Origin: Squalus acanthias
Taxonomy: Eukaryota
Direction of reading: 5' to 3'
Assembly: GCA_030390025.1 (NCBI GenBank)
Contig: CM059432.1
Coordinates: 4,836,001 to 4,900,000, forward strand
DNA: 64,000 nt
Part shown: one piece after another, positions 24,740 to 37,590 of the stretch
How positions within the stretch are numbered: the first letter of the stretch is position 1
Layout: each line of letters begins with the position of its first letter
Program-made: the position numbers and the translations under genes
Notes under the pieces: model-generated
The model's input: the letters and a program-made list of their open reading frames with translations, nothing else
Databases searched by the model: none
What the model was told of the DNA's origin: nothing

Positions 24740-25590
24740 GCAGTCCATGCCCGCATGCAGCAAGGCCTGGATGACATTCAGGCTTGGGCTGATAAGTGGC
24801 AGGTAACATTCGCGCCACACAAGTGCCGGGCAATGACTATCTCCAATAAGCGAGCGTCTAACCCACCGCCCCTTGACATGCAACAGCATTATCATCGCCG
24901 AATCCCCCACCATCAACATCCTGAGGGTCACCATTGACCAGAAACTTAACTGGACCAGCCACATAAATACTGTGGCAACAAGAGTAGGTCAGAGGCTGGG
25001 TATTCTGCAGTGAGTGTCTCACCTCTTGACTCCCCAAAGCCTTTCCACCATCTACAGGGCACAAGTCAGGAGTGTGATGGAATACTCTCCACTTGCCTGG
25101 ATGAGTGCAGCTCCAACAACACTCAAGAAGCTCGACACCATTCAAGACAAAGCAGCCCACTTGATTGGCGCCCCATCCACCACCTTAAACATTCACTCCC
25201 TCCACCACCGGCGCACCGTGGCTGCAGTGTGTACCATCTACAAGATGCACTGCAGCAACTCGCCAAGGCTTCTTTGACAGCACCTCCCAAACCCCTTGAC
25301 CTCTTCCACCTAAAAGGACAAGGGCAGCAGGCGCATGGGAACACCACCACCTCCAAGTTCCCCTCCAAGTCACACACCATCCTGACTTGGAAATATATCG
25401 GCCGATCCTTCATCTTCGCTAAAATCCTTGAACTCCCTCCCTAACAGCACTGTGGGAGCACCTTCACCACATGGACTGCAGCGGATCAAGAAGGCGGCTC
25501 ACCACCACCTTCTCGAGGGCAATTCGGTATGGGCAATAAATGCTGGCCTTGCCAGAGACGCCCACATCCCAGGAGTGAATTAAAAAAATG
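24740..25590 (+). mobile_element. CR1/L2-group LINE 3' fragment. Related copies: 11465-11930(-), 18149-18360, 26250-26790, 32490-32740, 36238-36400
   Basis: [14 protein letters not shown] and YRAQVRSVMEYSPLAW peptides; shared GGGATGGGCAATAAATGCTGGCC tail. Confidence 0.8.
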
Positions 25591-25649
25591 CTAATATAAT
25601 TGTAAAACCACAGCTTTTAAATCTTTACTTCATTGCCTTTTTTTTGTAG

Positions 25650-25785
25650 TGTTACGGGACTGAATGGAGAAGTCCACAACCTGACCACCGAGGAGAACTT
25701 TCTTTCAGGAATGTACAAGGTCCACTTTAACACTGCTGATTACTGGAGGAGGCTGGGATTTATCCCCTTTCACGAATGCGCTAAT
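25650..25785 (+). CDS. TTR: Transthyretin exon 3 (VTGLNGEVHNLTTEENFLSGMYKVHFNTADYWRRLGFIPFHECAN)
   Basis: Acceptor ttgtag, donor gtaagt, 136 nt, phase 2 to 0. Contains the GExHxLTTEE and YW..LG..PFHE motifs. Confidence 0.96.
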
Positions 25786-27492
25786 GTAAGTTTCATTTTA
25801 ATTATTTTTCCAGTGTGACTCAGTGGGCAGCACTCTCTCTCTCTCACCTCTGAGTCAGAAGGTTGTAGGTTCAATAGTCCCACTCCAGGGGTTTGAGCAA
25901 AATTATCTAGGCTGATACTCCAGTGCAGTACTGAGGGAGCGCTGCACTGTCGGAGGTGCCGTCTTTTGGATGAGACGTTAAACTGAGGCCCCGTCTGCCC
26001 CCTCAGGTGGACATAAAAGATCCCATGGAACTATTTCGAAGAAGAGCAGGGGAGTTCTCCCCGGTGTCCTGGGCCAATATTTATCCCTCAATCAACATCA
26101 CTAAAAACAGATTGTGTTATGCAGAATTATGCAGTTTAAAGAATAGAAGTTGTACAGTAGAATTTCATGCATTTGCCTTCTATAAAAAAAACACTAGCAT
26201 TTATATAGCGCCTTTCACAGCCAATGAAATACTTTTTGAAGTGAATCAACATCACCTCCTGACTCCCCAAAACCTTTCCACCATCTACAAGGCACAATAC
26301 TTGCCTGGATGAGTGCAGCTCCAACAACATTCAAGAAGCTCGAAACCATCCAGGACAAAGCAGCCCGCTTGATTGGCACCCCATCCACCACCTTAAACAT
26401 TCACTCCCTCCGCCACCGGCGCACCGTGGCTGCAGTGTGTACCATCTACAAGATGCACTGCAGCAACTCGCCAAGGCTTCTTTGACAGCACCTCCTGAAC
26501 CCACAACCTCTTCCACCTAGAAGGACAAGGGCAGCAGGCGCATAGGAACACCACCACCTCCAAGTTCCCCTCCAAGTCACACACCATCCTGACTTGGAAA
26601 TATATCGGCCGATCCTTCATTGTCGCTGGGTCAAAATCCTGGAACTCCCTCCCTAACAGCACTGTGGGAGCACCTTCACCACACGGACTGCAGCGCTTCA
26701 AGGCGGCGGCTCACCACCACCTTCTCAAGGGCACCTAGGGATGGGCAATAAATGCCGGCCTTGCCAGCGACGCCCACATCCCAGGAACTAATTTTTTTTT
26801 TTAAACTCTCTCTATGTCTACTCTATCAAAACCTCTATGGTCACCCCTCAGCCTTCTCTTTTCAAGAAAAAAAGAGACCCAGCCTGTTCATCCTTTCCTG
26901 ATAGGTATAACTATCATTATTCAAGGGATAAGTGCATCAATATTTTAGTGTTTGTGGTACAGCCGTGCGTATGTTGAAGTTAAGCGTAGTTAAAGGTTGA
27001 CATTTGATTTTGATCCCTGGGATTCCGTTAGCTGGGGAACAAAGGGGCCTTATCCGAGCACTAATCCTGTTGGTTGCGGTTGTTTTTGTTGGCGTATCCC
27101 GCCGCCACACCCATTCCGGCACTGAACACTTTCTTCCACCTAGTTTGGATACAGTCAGGGACTTGTGCCAAGTAAGCCTCAAGTGAAGGACCTCAGAATG
27201 TTTAGCATTCCCTGAAACCCGGGTTCAACATCGCTCTTTTTTAAAAAAAAAATCTATAAAAAGTTCCATATTGTACAACGGCTAAACTGAATCCTCACTT
27301 CCCTTTATTCATTATGTACGAGTGATTTACGAGCGTTAAAATATTGGCATACAGCACTGTAGTCCATTAGGCCACCTGTACAATGGTCAAAGCTGATTAC
27401 TGATTAACTAGACCTCAAATAGCAGCAACAACACAATGTTATGGATACAAGAAGCTTATCGAGCATTCAAAACTGGAACTGAGCAGTTTCGT

Positions 27493-30055
27493 AGAATCAT
27501 AGAATGAGACAGCACAGAAGGAGGCCATTCAGCCCATCGTGCCTGTGCTGGCTCTATGAAAGAGCTCTCCAATTAGTCCCGCTCCCCTGATCTTTCCCCA
27601 CAGCCCTGCAAATTTTTCCTTTTTAAGTATTTATCCAATTCCCTTTTGAAAGTTACTATTGAATCTGCTTCCCCCACCCTTTCAGGCAGCGCATAACAAC
27701 TCGCTGTGTAAAAAAAAAAAAAAATTCTCATCTCCCCACTGGATTTTTGCCAAATCTCTTAAATCCATGTCCTCTGGTTACCAACCCTCCTGCCAGTGGA
27801 AACTGTTTTTTTCCCCATCTATTCTATCAAAAACCCCTCTATTAATTCTCCCCATAACCTTCTTTGCTCTAAGGAGAACAATCCTGGCTTCTCTAGTCAC
27901 TCCACATAAATGAATACCCTCATCCCTGGTACCATTCTGGTAATATCCTCTGCGCCCTCTATTGAACACAATATTCTGGGCTGAGGCATAACCAGTGAAT
28001 TATAAACGTTTGCCATAACTTCCTCGCTTTTGTACTCTGTGCCTCTATTTATAAAGTCAAGGATCCCGTATACTTTTATCACAGCCTCATCAACTTGTCC
28101 TGCCACCTTCAAAGATTTGTGTATTTGAACACCAGCTCTCAGTTCCTGCACCCCCTCTTTGAAATGGTACCATTTAGTTTATATTGCCTCTCCTCATTCT
28201 TCCTACGAAAATGCGTCAGTTCACACCTTCTCTGCATTAAATTTCATCTGCTGTGTGTCCGCCCATTTCACCAGTCTGTCCACGTCCTTCTGAAGTCTGT
28301 TGCTATCCTTCTCATTGTTTACTACATTTCCGATTTTCGTATCATCTGCAAACTTTGAAATTATACCCCCTATACCCAAGTGCAGGTCATTAATACATAT
28401 CAAAAATAGCAGTGGTCCTAATACCGACCCCTGGGGGACACCACCACACACCTCCCTCCAGTCTGAAAAGTAACTGTTCACCACTACTCTCTGCTTTCTG
28501 TCCCCCAGCCAATTTTGTAGCCACGCTGCCACTGCCCCTTTAATCCCATTGACTTCAATTCTCCGAACAAGTCTATTATGTGGCACTTTATCAAACCCCT
28601 TTTGAAAGTCCATATACGCAACATCAACCGCACTACCCTCATCAACCCTCTCCGTTGTTTCATCGAGGAACTCAACCAAGTTAGTCAGAGACGATTTGCC
28701 TTTAACAAATCTGTGTTGGCCGTCATCGATTAACCCATGTTCTTCCAAATTCATTGTGTCTCGGATTGTTGTCTCTAAAAGTTTCCCCACCACCGACCTT
28801 AGGCTGACTGGCCTGTAGTTGCTGGGTTTATCCCACTCCCCTTGTTTGAACAAGGGTGTAACATTTGCAGTCCTCCAGTCCTCCGACACCACTCCCATAT
28901 CCAAGGAGGATTGGAGGATTGTGGCCAGAGCCTCCGCAATTTCCACCCTTACTTCCCTCAGTAACATCCCATCCAGACCGGGTGACGTTTCTACCTTGAG
29001 GGCTGCCAACCATTTCGGTACCTCCTCTTTATCTATTTATATCCAATCCAAGTTCTCTACTCCCCTCCTCCTTTCAACATTGTAACATTGGCAGCATCCT
29101 CTTCTCTCGTGAAGACAGAAGCAAAGTGCTCATTTAGTATCTCAGCCGTGCCCTCTGCCTCCACAAGATGATTTCCTTTTTGTTCATTAATCGGCGCAAC
29201 CTTTCCTTTGACTGCCTTTTTACTCTTCATATGTTTATAAAAAAACTTTTAATGTTCCTTTTTATGTTACCCGCTAATCTTTTCTCATAGATTCTCTTTG
29301 CCCCTCATATTTCCCTTTTCAATTCTCCTCTGTACTTTCTGTATTCAGCTTGATTATCTACTGAATTATGAACCTGACATTTATCATAAACCTCCTTTAT
29401 CTGTTTCATTTTAACCGGGTAGCGCTCTCACCTTTGAATCAGAAGGTCATGAGTTCAAGTCCCGTCCCCAGAGAATTGAGCACATAAAGCTAGGCTGACT
29501 CTCCAGCGCAGGGCTGAGGGAGTGCTGCACTGTTGGAGGTGCCGTCTTTCGGATGAGACGTTAAACCGAGGACCCATCTGCTCTCTCGGGTTGACGTAAA
29601 AAATCCCATGGCACTAATTCGAAGAAGAGCAGGGGAGTTCTTCCCGGTTTCCTGGCCAATATTTATCCTTCAACCAACATCACTAAAGAAAAACAGATTA
29701 TCTGGTCATTGCTGTTTGTGGGAGTTTGCTGTGCGCAAATTGGCTGCTGCGTTTCCTACATCACAACAGTGACTACACTTCAAAAAGTGCTTCATTGGCT
29801 GTAAAGCACTTTGGGACGTCCTGAGGTCATGAAAGGTGCTATAGAAATGCAAGTTTTTCTTTTCTTTGTTTGAATATCTTTAGTCATCCAGGGAGCTTTA
29901 ACATTGGATGCCTTTCCTTTCCCCCTCGTGGGAATGTGTCTAGTCTGTACCCAAACTATCTCCTCTTTGAAGGGCTCCCATTGCTCATTTACTGTTTTAC
30001 CTGCCAATCTTTGTTTCCAATCCACCTGGGCCAGCTCCTTTTTCAACCCACTGAA
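27493..30055 (-). mobile_element. Decayed CR1 LINE (~2 kb) with a nested SINE at ~29417-29865
   Basis: The 262-aa RT-like ORF at 28221-29009 and flanking frameshifted ORF2 sequence. Confidence 0.88.
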
Positions 30056-30079
30056 AATACTCAACTGGAAGAGGGCTAA

Positions 30080-30605
30080 TCACACGCTCACTCAGACCTC
30101 ACCGTCCTCGGCCTCTTGCATTGTTCCACGGAAGCGCAGCGTAAGCTCCAGGAACAGCACCTCATCTTCCGTTTAGGCACTTTACAGCCTTCCGGACTCA
30201 ATATCGAGTTCAACAATTTCAGATCATAACCCCGGCCCCTACCACATATGTATACATTTTATCCACTCTTTTGGTCCGTGCCTTTTTCCTTTTTTTCTCT
30301 CTCTCCCCCCACGGCAGCTGTCTCTGATTCTGCCAGCATTTCACACCTTACCTTTTGTTTCTCAACCTGTCCCATTACCATCTCGCCTTGCCTTGAGCAT
30401 CTCTTAATGTCTCTACTCACTCAAGACCATCCCTTTTGTTCTTTTATTCCTCCCCCCAGCCTCCCCCTTGCATTTTTATCTGTTTATTTCTTGCTCTTTC
30501 AGTTCCGACGAAGGGTTTCAACCTGAAACGTTAACTCTCTTTCTCTCTCCACGGATGTTGCCTGGCCTGCTGAGTTTTTCCAGCGTTTTCTGTTGTTATT
30601 TCTAA
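30080..30605 (+). mobile_element. Penelope-like element family B, 3' end (GIY-YIG C-terminus and terminal repeat)
   Basis: Translates as HAHSDLTVLGLLHCSTEAQRKLQEQHLIFRLGTLQPSGLNIEFNNFRS*, similar to the end of the PLE-A ORF. Followed by a hammerhead-like motif (30501-30536) and the GATGYTGCCTGRCCTGCTGAG tail. Confidence 0.8.
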
Positions 30606-31084
30606 TTTCACCTTTGATTGTTCCTCATCCATTTCCATAGCTACTCTGAACCTAATAGATATTGTGATCGCTCTTCCCCAGATGCTCCCCCACTGAAACA
30701 TGCTTCACTTGCCCCACTTCATTCCCCAGAACTAGGTCCAGCACGGCTTCCTTCCTCGTTGCTCTGGAAATGTACTGATCAAGAAAATTCTCTTGTACAC
30801 GTTTCAGGAATTCCTCCCCCTCTTTGCTTTCAATAATCTGGGATTATTTAAATGGAAGAATTTCTGGATCTTTAAAAGATGTTTCTTTAAGATTTATAAC
30901 ATTGTGCGATCCATATGAACACTTACTGGAAGGTTCTTAAACTAAAATGTCTAATATTCTTTTGATGATCAACTTGAGTTAAAACACTGTGACCATCATC
31001 AACTAAGTATACTTTTTACTGCAATTCTGCTTTACATCTTTGCTGCACTTTGGGGAACATATAAAACCGTAGAACAGAAAACAA

Positions 31085-31326
31085 AAGCAAAAACACTGCG
31101 GATGCTGGAAATAAAAACAGAAAATGCTGGAAGTACTCAGCAGGCCAGGCAGCATCTGTGGAGAGAGACACAGAGTTAACGTTTCGGGTTGGTGACCTTT
31201 CATCAAAACTGGAAAAAGTTAGAGATGCAACAGATTTTAAGCAAGTGCAGGGGCAGGGAAAGGCAGGAGGGGACAAAAGAACAAAGGGGGAGTTCTGTGA
31301 TAGGGGGCAGCATCTGTGGAGAGAGT

Positions 31327-31366
<40 letters not shown>

Positions 31367-31975
31367 GAGTTAACGTGTCGGGTCCAGAAAAGCCCGTTTC
31401 TTCCAATACACCATGGCCTCCAACTAATCAAACCCAAAGTTTCTGAGGAAGGTGATTTTTCCACACCAGGCAAAACTTCCAAAATAATCAGCTTCTTCCA
31501 CATGTTCTTGCCACGCACTGAACAACCCTCCACAACCGATCCGTAACATCAGCAAAAATACTGCGGATGCTGGAAATCTGAAACATAAACACGGAATGCT
31601 GGAATTACTCAGCAGGTCGGGCAGCATCTGTGGAGAGAGAGAGAGAGAGAAACTAGAGTTAACGTTTCAGGTCGATGACCCTTCGTCAGAACTGCAAGAT
31701 GTTAAGAGCATAGGCCAGCCAGTCCCAAATTATCAGCATCTACATTTGGAATTACTGTTTAAAGGGTCAAATCTAATCTTTTTAGAACTAGGAAACTAAA
31801 AAGCAGCCAGTTACATATCAATGGGACGAAAGCAAAATACTGCGGAGACTGGAAATCTGAAATATAAACACGGAATTGCTGGAATTACTCAGCACGTCGG
31901 GCAGCGTCTGTGGAGAGAGAGAGAGAGAGAGAAACTAGAGTTAACGTTTCAGGTCAATGATCTACCATCAGAACG
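31085..31975 (-). mobile_element. Cluster of PLE-B terminal fragments in TTR intron 3
   Basis: Repeated AAATACTGCGGATGCTGG...GCAGCATCTGTGGAGAGA...GAGTTAACGTTTC units starting near 31085, 31306, 31550 and 31830. Confidence 0.75.
31657..31693 (-). ncRNA. Minimal hammerhead ribozyme (PLE-B)
   Basis: Minus strand reads AGTT-CTGACGA-A-GGGTC-atc-GACCT-GAAA-CG-TT-AACT. Confidence 0.78.
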
Positions 31976-32009
31976 GTTCGGTGATTTTTTTTTTCTCTTC
32001 TCGTTTCAG

Positions 32010-32114
32010 GTGGTTTTTCGAGTGGCCAGCTCCGAACATCATCACTACACTCTCGCACTTCTTTTGAGTCCTTTCTCCTACTCCACTACAGCAGTCGTCA
32101 GCAACCCACACTAG
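32010..32114 (+). CDS. TTR: Transthyretin exon 4, coding part ([34 protein letters not shown])
   Basis: Acceptor tttcag, stop TAG. The [13 protein letters not shown] terminus is TTR-type and lacks the YRGS motif of HIU hydrolase. Confidence 0.96.
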   Translation: MVFRVASSEHHHYTLALLLSPFSYSTTAVVSNPH

Positions 32115-32290
32115 GCCGCTTAAATGGGGCAGCAAATTCTCATCCTCCACCTCCGGTGGTGTGGAAAGAAACTACAAACTATTTAGCAGGTGGTGAAAAT
32201 CTTGTTCGTGTGAATCAAAATTAAGCTAAATATTTGGTAACTTTTGGCTTGAATTTCAATCATCTTTGCAACTGCTCAAAAACTGTGTGC

Positions 32291-32296
32291 AATAAA
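32291..32296 (+). terminator. TTR: Probable TTR polyadenylation signal AATAAA
   Basis: AATAAA about 177 nt after the stop codon, followed by T-rich sequence. Confidence 0.7.
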
Positions 32297-33674
32297 AACA
32301 TTTCTTCGCACCTAAAATTCTATCTATTTTGTTAATTTTTATCTATTCACAAAAGTTGTGTTCATTACCCATTTGTTAACTCTTATGGTTTAACTCTCCC
32401 CATTTACATCAACAAATTCAGTAAACAGAATACGTGGGGAACATGCATAGCTAGAGATGAGATGTGAGGTAACGGTTAACTGAGACAGCACGTCCCGAGC
32501 GTGCGACCTCCGCCACCTAGAAGGACAAGGGCAGCAGGCACATGGGAACACCACCACCTCCAAGTTCCCCTCCAAGTCACACACACCGTCCTGACTTGGA
32601 AATGTATCGCCGTTCCTTCATCGTCGCTGGGCCAAAATCCTGGAACTCCCTCCCAAACAGCACTGTGGGAGCACCTTCACCACACGGACTGCGGCGGTTC
32701 GAGAAGGCGGCTCACCACCACCTCAATGGCAACTAGGGATGCCCGTGCATGTTGGTGTATATTTGTGTACTTAATTGTATTCATACGAGTGTGCGCTGGA
32801 AAGCAGCATGGGAACGAAAGGTAAACATTGCAAGGGGCTGCAAAAACGTGAGGCTTGAGAGGAGGTCCACGTGCAGGTAGAAGTTGGCAAAGAATGCAAG
32901 GGAACCACGGTATGCATTGCATGACTCTTTTGCAATCCAGGAACATTGAAGGTAAGGAATGAGTGGTACACTGCATTTAGGGCAGAAGGGTAGGGCAGCA
33001 TTTTTATTTTTCTTGCCCATATCAGGTCATTAAACTTCATGCCTTCCTGCGTTAGCAAAATAGCACACTATTCCCTCCGCAACACTTGAGCCACCATCGC
33101 CTCCTTTGCCTCATCAGTCCCAAGAGGAGCGCCAGGTTCTCATCAAAATGGGCTGCCTGCTGCTTGGAGGCTGGGCGTCCTGCCATCCCCTTAGCTGCTC
33201 TGGTGCGAGTCCCATAGATGGTACTCAGTGTGGAATCTCTCTCCCCGTTTGCCACAAGGGTCTCTTCCCATTTGCCAACATGGTCGCCTGCATCTCTTGA
33301 CAAACAGAATTATAAGCTCTTCATTCATCCAGGCAGATCTTTGCAATACTGCAGAATGGGGGAAAAAATATACAATTCTGGCCTCTTGCACATTCCCGAT
33401 TCTCATCGCTCCACCATTGGTGGCCGTGCCTTCAGCTGGCTTGGCCCCAAGCTCTGGAGTTCCCTCTATAAACCTCTCCCTCCTCCTTTAAGAACATAAG
33501 AAAGAGGAGCAGGAGTCGGCCATACGGCCCCTCGAGCCTGCTCCACCATTCAATAAGATCATGGCTGATCTTCTACCTCAACTCCACCTTCCTGCACTAT
33601 CCCCAGGTGCTCCTTAAAACCTACCTCTTTGACCAAGCTTGTGGTCACCTGCCTTAATATCTTTGCGTGGCTCG

Positions 33675-33808
33675 CAACGTTCCCTTTAAGCTGTGCAGTG
33701 CTCTGCAGCGCTTGCGTAGCCGATGGGCCGGCTTTTAAATAGGAAAAACCGCGCATGCGCGGTATTTTGAATGGGCCGTGCACCCAAAAAAAATTAAAGA
33801 GAACATTG
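33675..33808. mobile_element. hAT-type MITE
   Basis: TIRs CAACGTTCCCTTTAA and TTAAAGAGAACATTG; perfect 8-bp TSD GTGGCTCG. Confidence 0.85.
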
Positions 33809-34442
33809 GTGGCTCGGCGTCAAATTTGGTTCCGCAATGCTCCTGAAACACCTTGGGACATTTTACTATGTTAAAGGCACTATATAAATGCAAGTTGTTG
33901 TTGTTTAGTGTGGCCACAAAGTACCTTAAAGCACTTATTTGCTTTTGACTACACCAGGTACAGAGGGTAAAACCAAAACATTTGTGAAGACGTCAAGCTT
34001 CCTATAAAATAAGATAGAATTGCATGGAGAGAGGTGGGAAAATTCAACACAAAGCCTTTGAGTGCTGGTATTGTTTATTTTCATAAAAGAATGATACAAA
34101 ATATACAAATATTATCACAAACACACCACAAGACAACAGAGATCCTTAGAAATAATCCATTACGGTTAACAGTGCATTGTACAGCTTAGCATGCCTTTTA
34201 ATTCTTCCTGCAACATGCTACAATAAATTATTTTTGCCTATGAACTGTCTTTATACTGTATTTTTAAGGATGTAAAGAACATGTAATTGTATAGTACCTT
34301 ACACAAACATGGGCTGTTATATGATTGGCAACTCCGCAAGTTCGATCGTTGGAATTTGAACTAAAAACTTAAGTGTTGCTGCCACCAGTACATGTTTTCA
34401 CCGACTGCAAATGCAGTTTCTTCCCTTCCAGTTTTGGATGCA

Positions 34443-34650
34443 ATACATATACATTTAATATATAAATAATATATTATCATATACATTTAATATATATATG
34501 TTTAATGTATATATCATATACTTGATATGTATATTATATATCATACATTTAATATATATATTTATATATTATATACAATATATATATTTATATACATTTA
34601 ATATATATTTATATATATCATACATTTAATATATATTCTATATATAAAAA
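34443..34650. repeat. AT-rich low-complexity (TA)n-like tract
   Basis: Degenerate ATACATTTAATATATA units. Confidence 0.85.
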
Positions 34651-37590
34651 TAAGTGTATGTATGGATAAAAGTTAAAGTGCACAATCCTTTCAGTTAATA
34701 CTGAAAAATAGAAGCATCGCGATACACTAGAAAGGCAAAACGTATATAATGGTGTGCACTACCTTAAAGTTCTCTAGGGTTATCGCTGATATTGTTAGCA
34801 AGAATTCATGTTAAGATTGAAGAAAAACACAAAATAAAAGATGTGCCACGCATGTTAAGGTTTCCTTTTAACTCAAAATTTTAAATGGACTCAACTAGAT
34901 TTTAGGATGCAGTTTAAAAAAAAAAAAAATCTGCCCTTCCATTCAGAGAATTTTAACAAAATGCACGACTAGATAAATGTAATTTAGAGGAACAAGGGAG
35001 CAGAAGGGGCTGGCTTTGACAATTTGATTTGATAGTTTAACGATCATTAATGATTGGTGGTTTAAGAATTAGAAAGACTTTTGTAAAATCGATTGGTGGA
35101 CTAAGGTTAGCGAGAAGTTACTGCACTTTTAATTTTCAGCCTCAGTTTAAGAATCTTTAGATAGTTTTTGATATAATTTGATGTTTTTATTCACAGAAGT
35201 GAATCAATTAGACATTTCCCTCCCCCCTCCCACTTCATACCACTCACTGGTTGAGAGGATAAGCATGCAACTTTTGTCTCAGCCTCTGTCCATTCTGCTC
35301 TACAAGGAGAGAGCAGGGCCTGGAATGACATCCTCCTAGTTGCTTTGCCCCCTTCTCTGTAGAGGAGCCTGCAACTTCCAACTCTGTTCCCCCAAGACCT
35401 GATTGAGACTGGGAACTTGTCACGCAATGAACTGCGACAACAACACAGCTCTTTCGTGCACAAAGGCATTGTAACATGGAATTATCACTGGGAAGAGGGA
35501 GATCTATTCTTGAGAAAATTAATTTTGTGCGTGTGTGAATTTTTAGAATTCAGTATTGAATACCAGAGGCAAAAGCCTCCATTCCTGCCTCGGGAAGTTC
35601 ACGGCAAAGTGTGGGAAGCCCAGAAGCGGACGGTGCTCAAAGAAAATCAACAAGATACTAAAGGCACCCTATATATTGTGAAACCTACTCTACAGAAACA
35701 GTCTGCTATTGGTAGGACTAACCTGCGCTATATTCCGTAACATCCCTGTTTGCAGTGAGTTCAGCTGTCCCACATCTTGTGTTGTGCTCCATGCTCCAAA
35801 TGCCACCCTTAAGCCACAAAAGCCCAAATGAAGGTGAAGCCTGTTGTGCGAGTGGGTGGGGGGTCAACTTAAATCAAAGCTAGCAATAGAGGGGGAGAGG
35901 GCAAGGGAGAATGCAGTGACCCAAAAATGGGTTGAAACTAAAATCAGCCTAAACTGATTCAGAATAGTTGTAGGAACCCCAACCTCCTACAGCAACACTG
36001 GCAAGATTTTAAATTTTAAAAAAGTGAACCTTCATTATAATAAGATTTATTAGCACATTTTTGTCAAGATACTTCAGTTCCTGCACCTCTGGACGCTACT
36101 CTTTAGTGCTTGCACAAGTGCAAGGTTCACGGATAATTTAAGCTTCCTTTCTATCCAGTATTCAGTTAGGCGGTCGGGACTAAACAGTACTGAAAAGTTT
36201 GCAACTGGCAGACAAACCAAAGCCAGAACTTTGAACACTGGGTCAAAATCCTGGAACTCCCTCCCCAACAGCACTGTGGGAGCACCTTCACCACACGGAC
36301 TGCAGCGGTTCAAGGCGGCGGCTCACCACCACCTTCTCAAGAGCAACTAGGGATGGGCAATAAATGCTGGCCTTGCCAGCGACGCCCACATCCCATAAAC
36401 AAATTTTTAAAACTGTACAGTCACTAGTGATAGCAGTTAACGGGTGTTTTAAGCCATTACCCCAAATGCTTTTCTCCCCCACAGGATGCCAGTGTCCTGT
36501 TCAGGTAAGTCATCCAACTTTACTGTAAGGATATTTGCTCTCGTTTTTCTTGAAGCACCTGTAGTTTTTCCCCTTCTAGTACTTCTGAAGCAACGTCTTC
36601 TTTTCATCAACACTTTTTCAATCTAATTTAATACAAAACGGCTCACTTTTACTACTTGTTATTTGACTATCTTTTGAACCAGTTTGCATGGTTTCGTTCT
36701 TCAAGTGCATTCAAAAATATAAAATGTACAGCTGACAAAAGTATTGACCTTAAATCAAAAAGAGAGAAAAAGCTCTCAAGTGTGGTTAGTGACGATTGTG
36801 ACAAGTTACACAGAAAAGATTTGTAAATGCACAACAATGAAAACAAACAATACCAGGCACATCCACAACTGGAGAACTGCTGCCGTCGCCCACGAATGAG
36901 TCAAGAAAACATTTCTTGGGCTCCTCGATGAAACAGCAGATTTTGAACGAAACAAAGTGAGAAAACAGAGAAATTACTTGCAGCCGTTGAAGGGCAATGC
37001 AATGTTGCCCTTCCCTAATTGGTGGAGTCTAGCGGTTATATCCGTTTCCATCAGATTAAATCAAAGCAAAAGGCAGGTTTTTAAAAGACATTCAACAAAT
37101 CCCAACCTAAAAATCAAAAGGCATGGAACATCATCTGAAAGGAGGCTATTTGCACAGAATCATTCCAGCATCTCAGTAGTACTGGCCTATATACAGCGCT
37201 CCGATGGGATTTTACTCACTACATGCTTTTATAACTATTGGCATACGCATGTTAACTTTAGAATGCTTGGTTTCTTTTCTAGGTTATAGAAAGCAGGCTT
37301 TCACTTTCCAAATATGAATCCAGGTATGGCAAGTTTATCAATGCCGAATTTCTATGCATGCAGGAATTCTGCAGGGAAATGAGAATGGATGGTCAAAGCT
37401 ACTCTCGTCAGAACAGAGTGGCAGGAAATAGATTTGGTTGGGCAAATGAGAAAAGTCAATAGTTTCTGAAGGGCTGATGCAAACATAGGTCAGCACACCC
37501 GAAATCCTGCAAGATGAAATTTTGGTTCAGCTAGTAGTTTATCTTCACGCCCATCTTGGCTTTAAACTCCTCTTCCCCACTTACACAAAT

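Noticed and set aside
23607..32114. 5-hydroxyisourate hydrolase (TTR-like protein)
   Set aside because: No C-terminal YRGS; has TTR-type K15 and STTAVV, and TTR synteny.
33052..33303. Possible Harbinger Myb/SANT-like remnant (AAHFDENLALLLGLMRQRRR)
   Set aside because: Resemblance too short and weak to support without a profile search.
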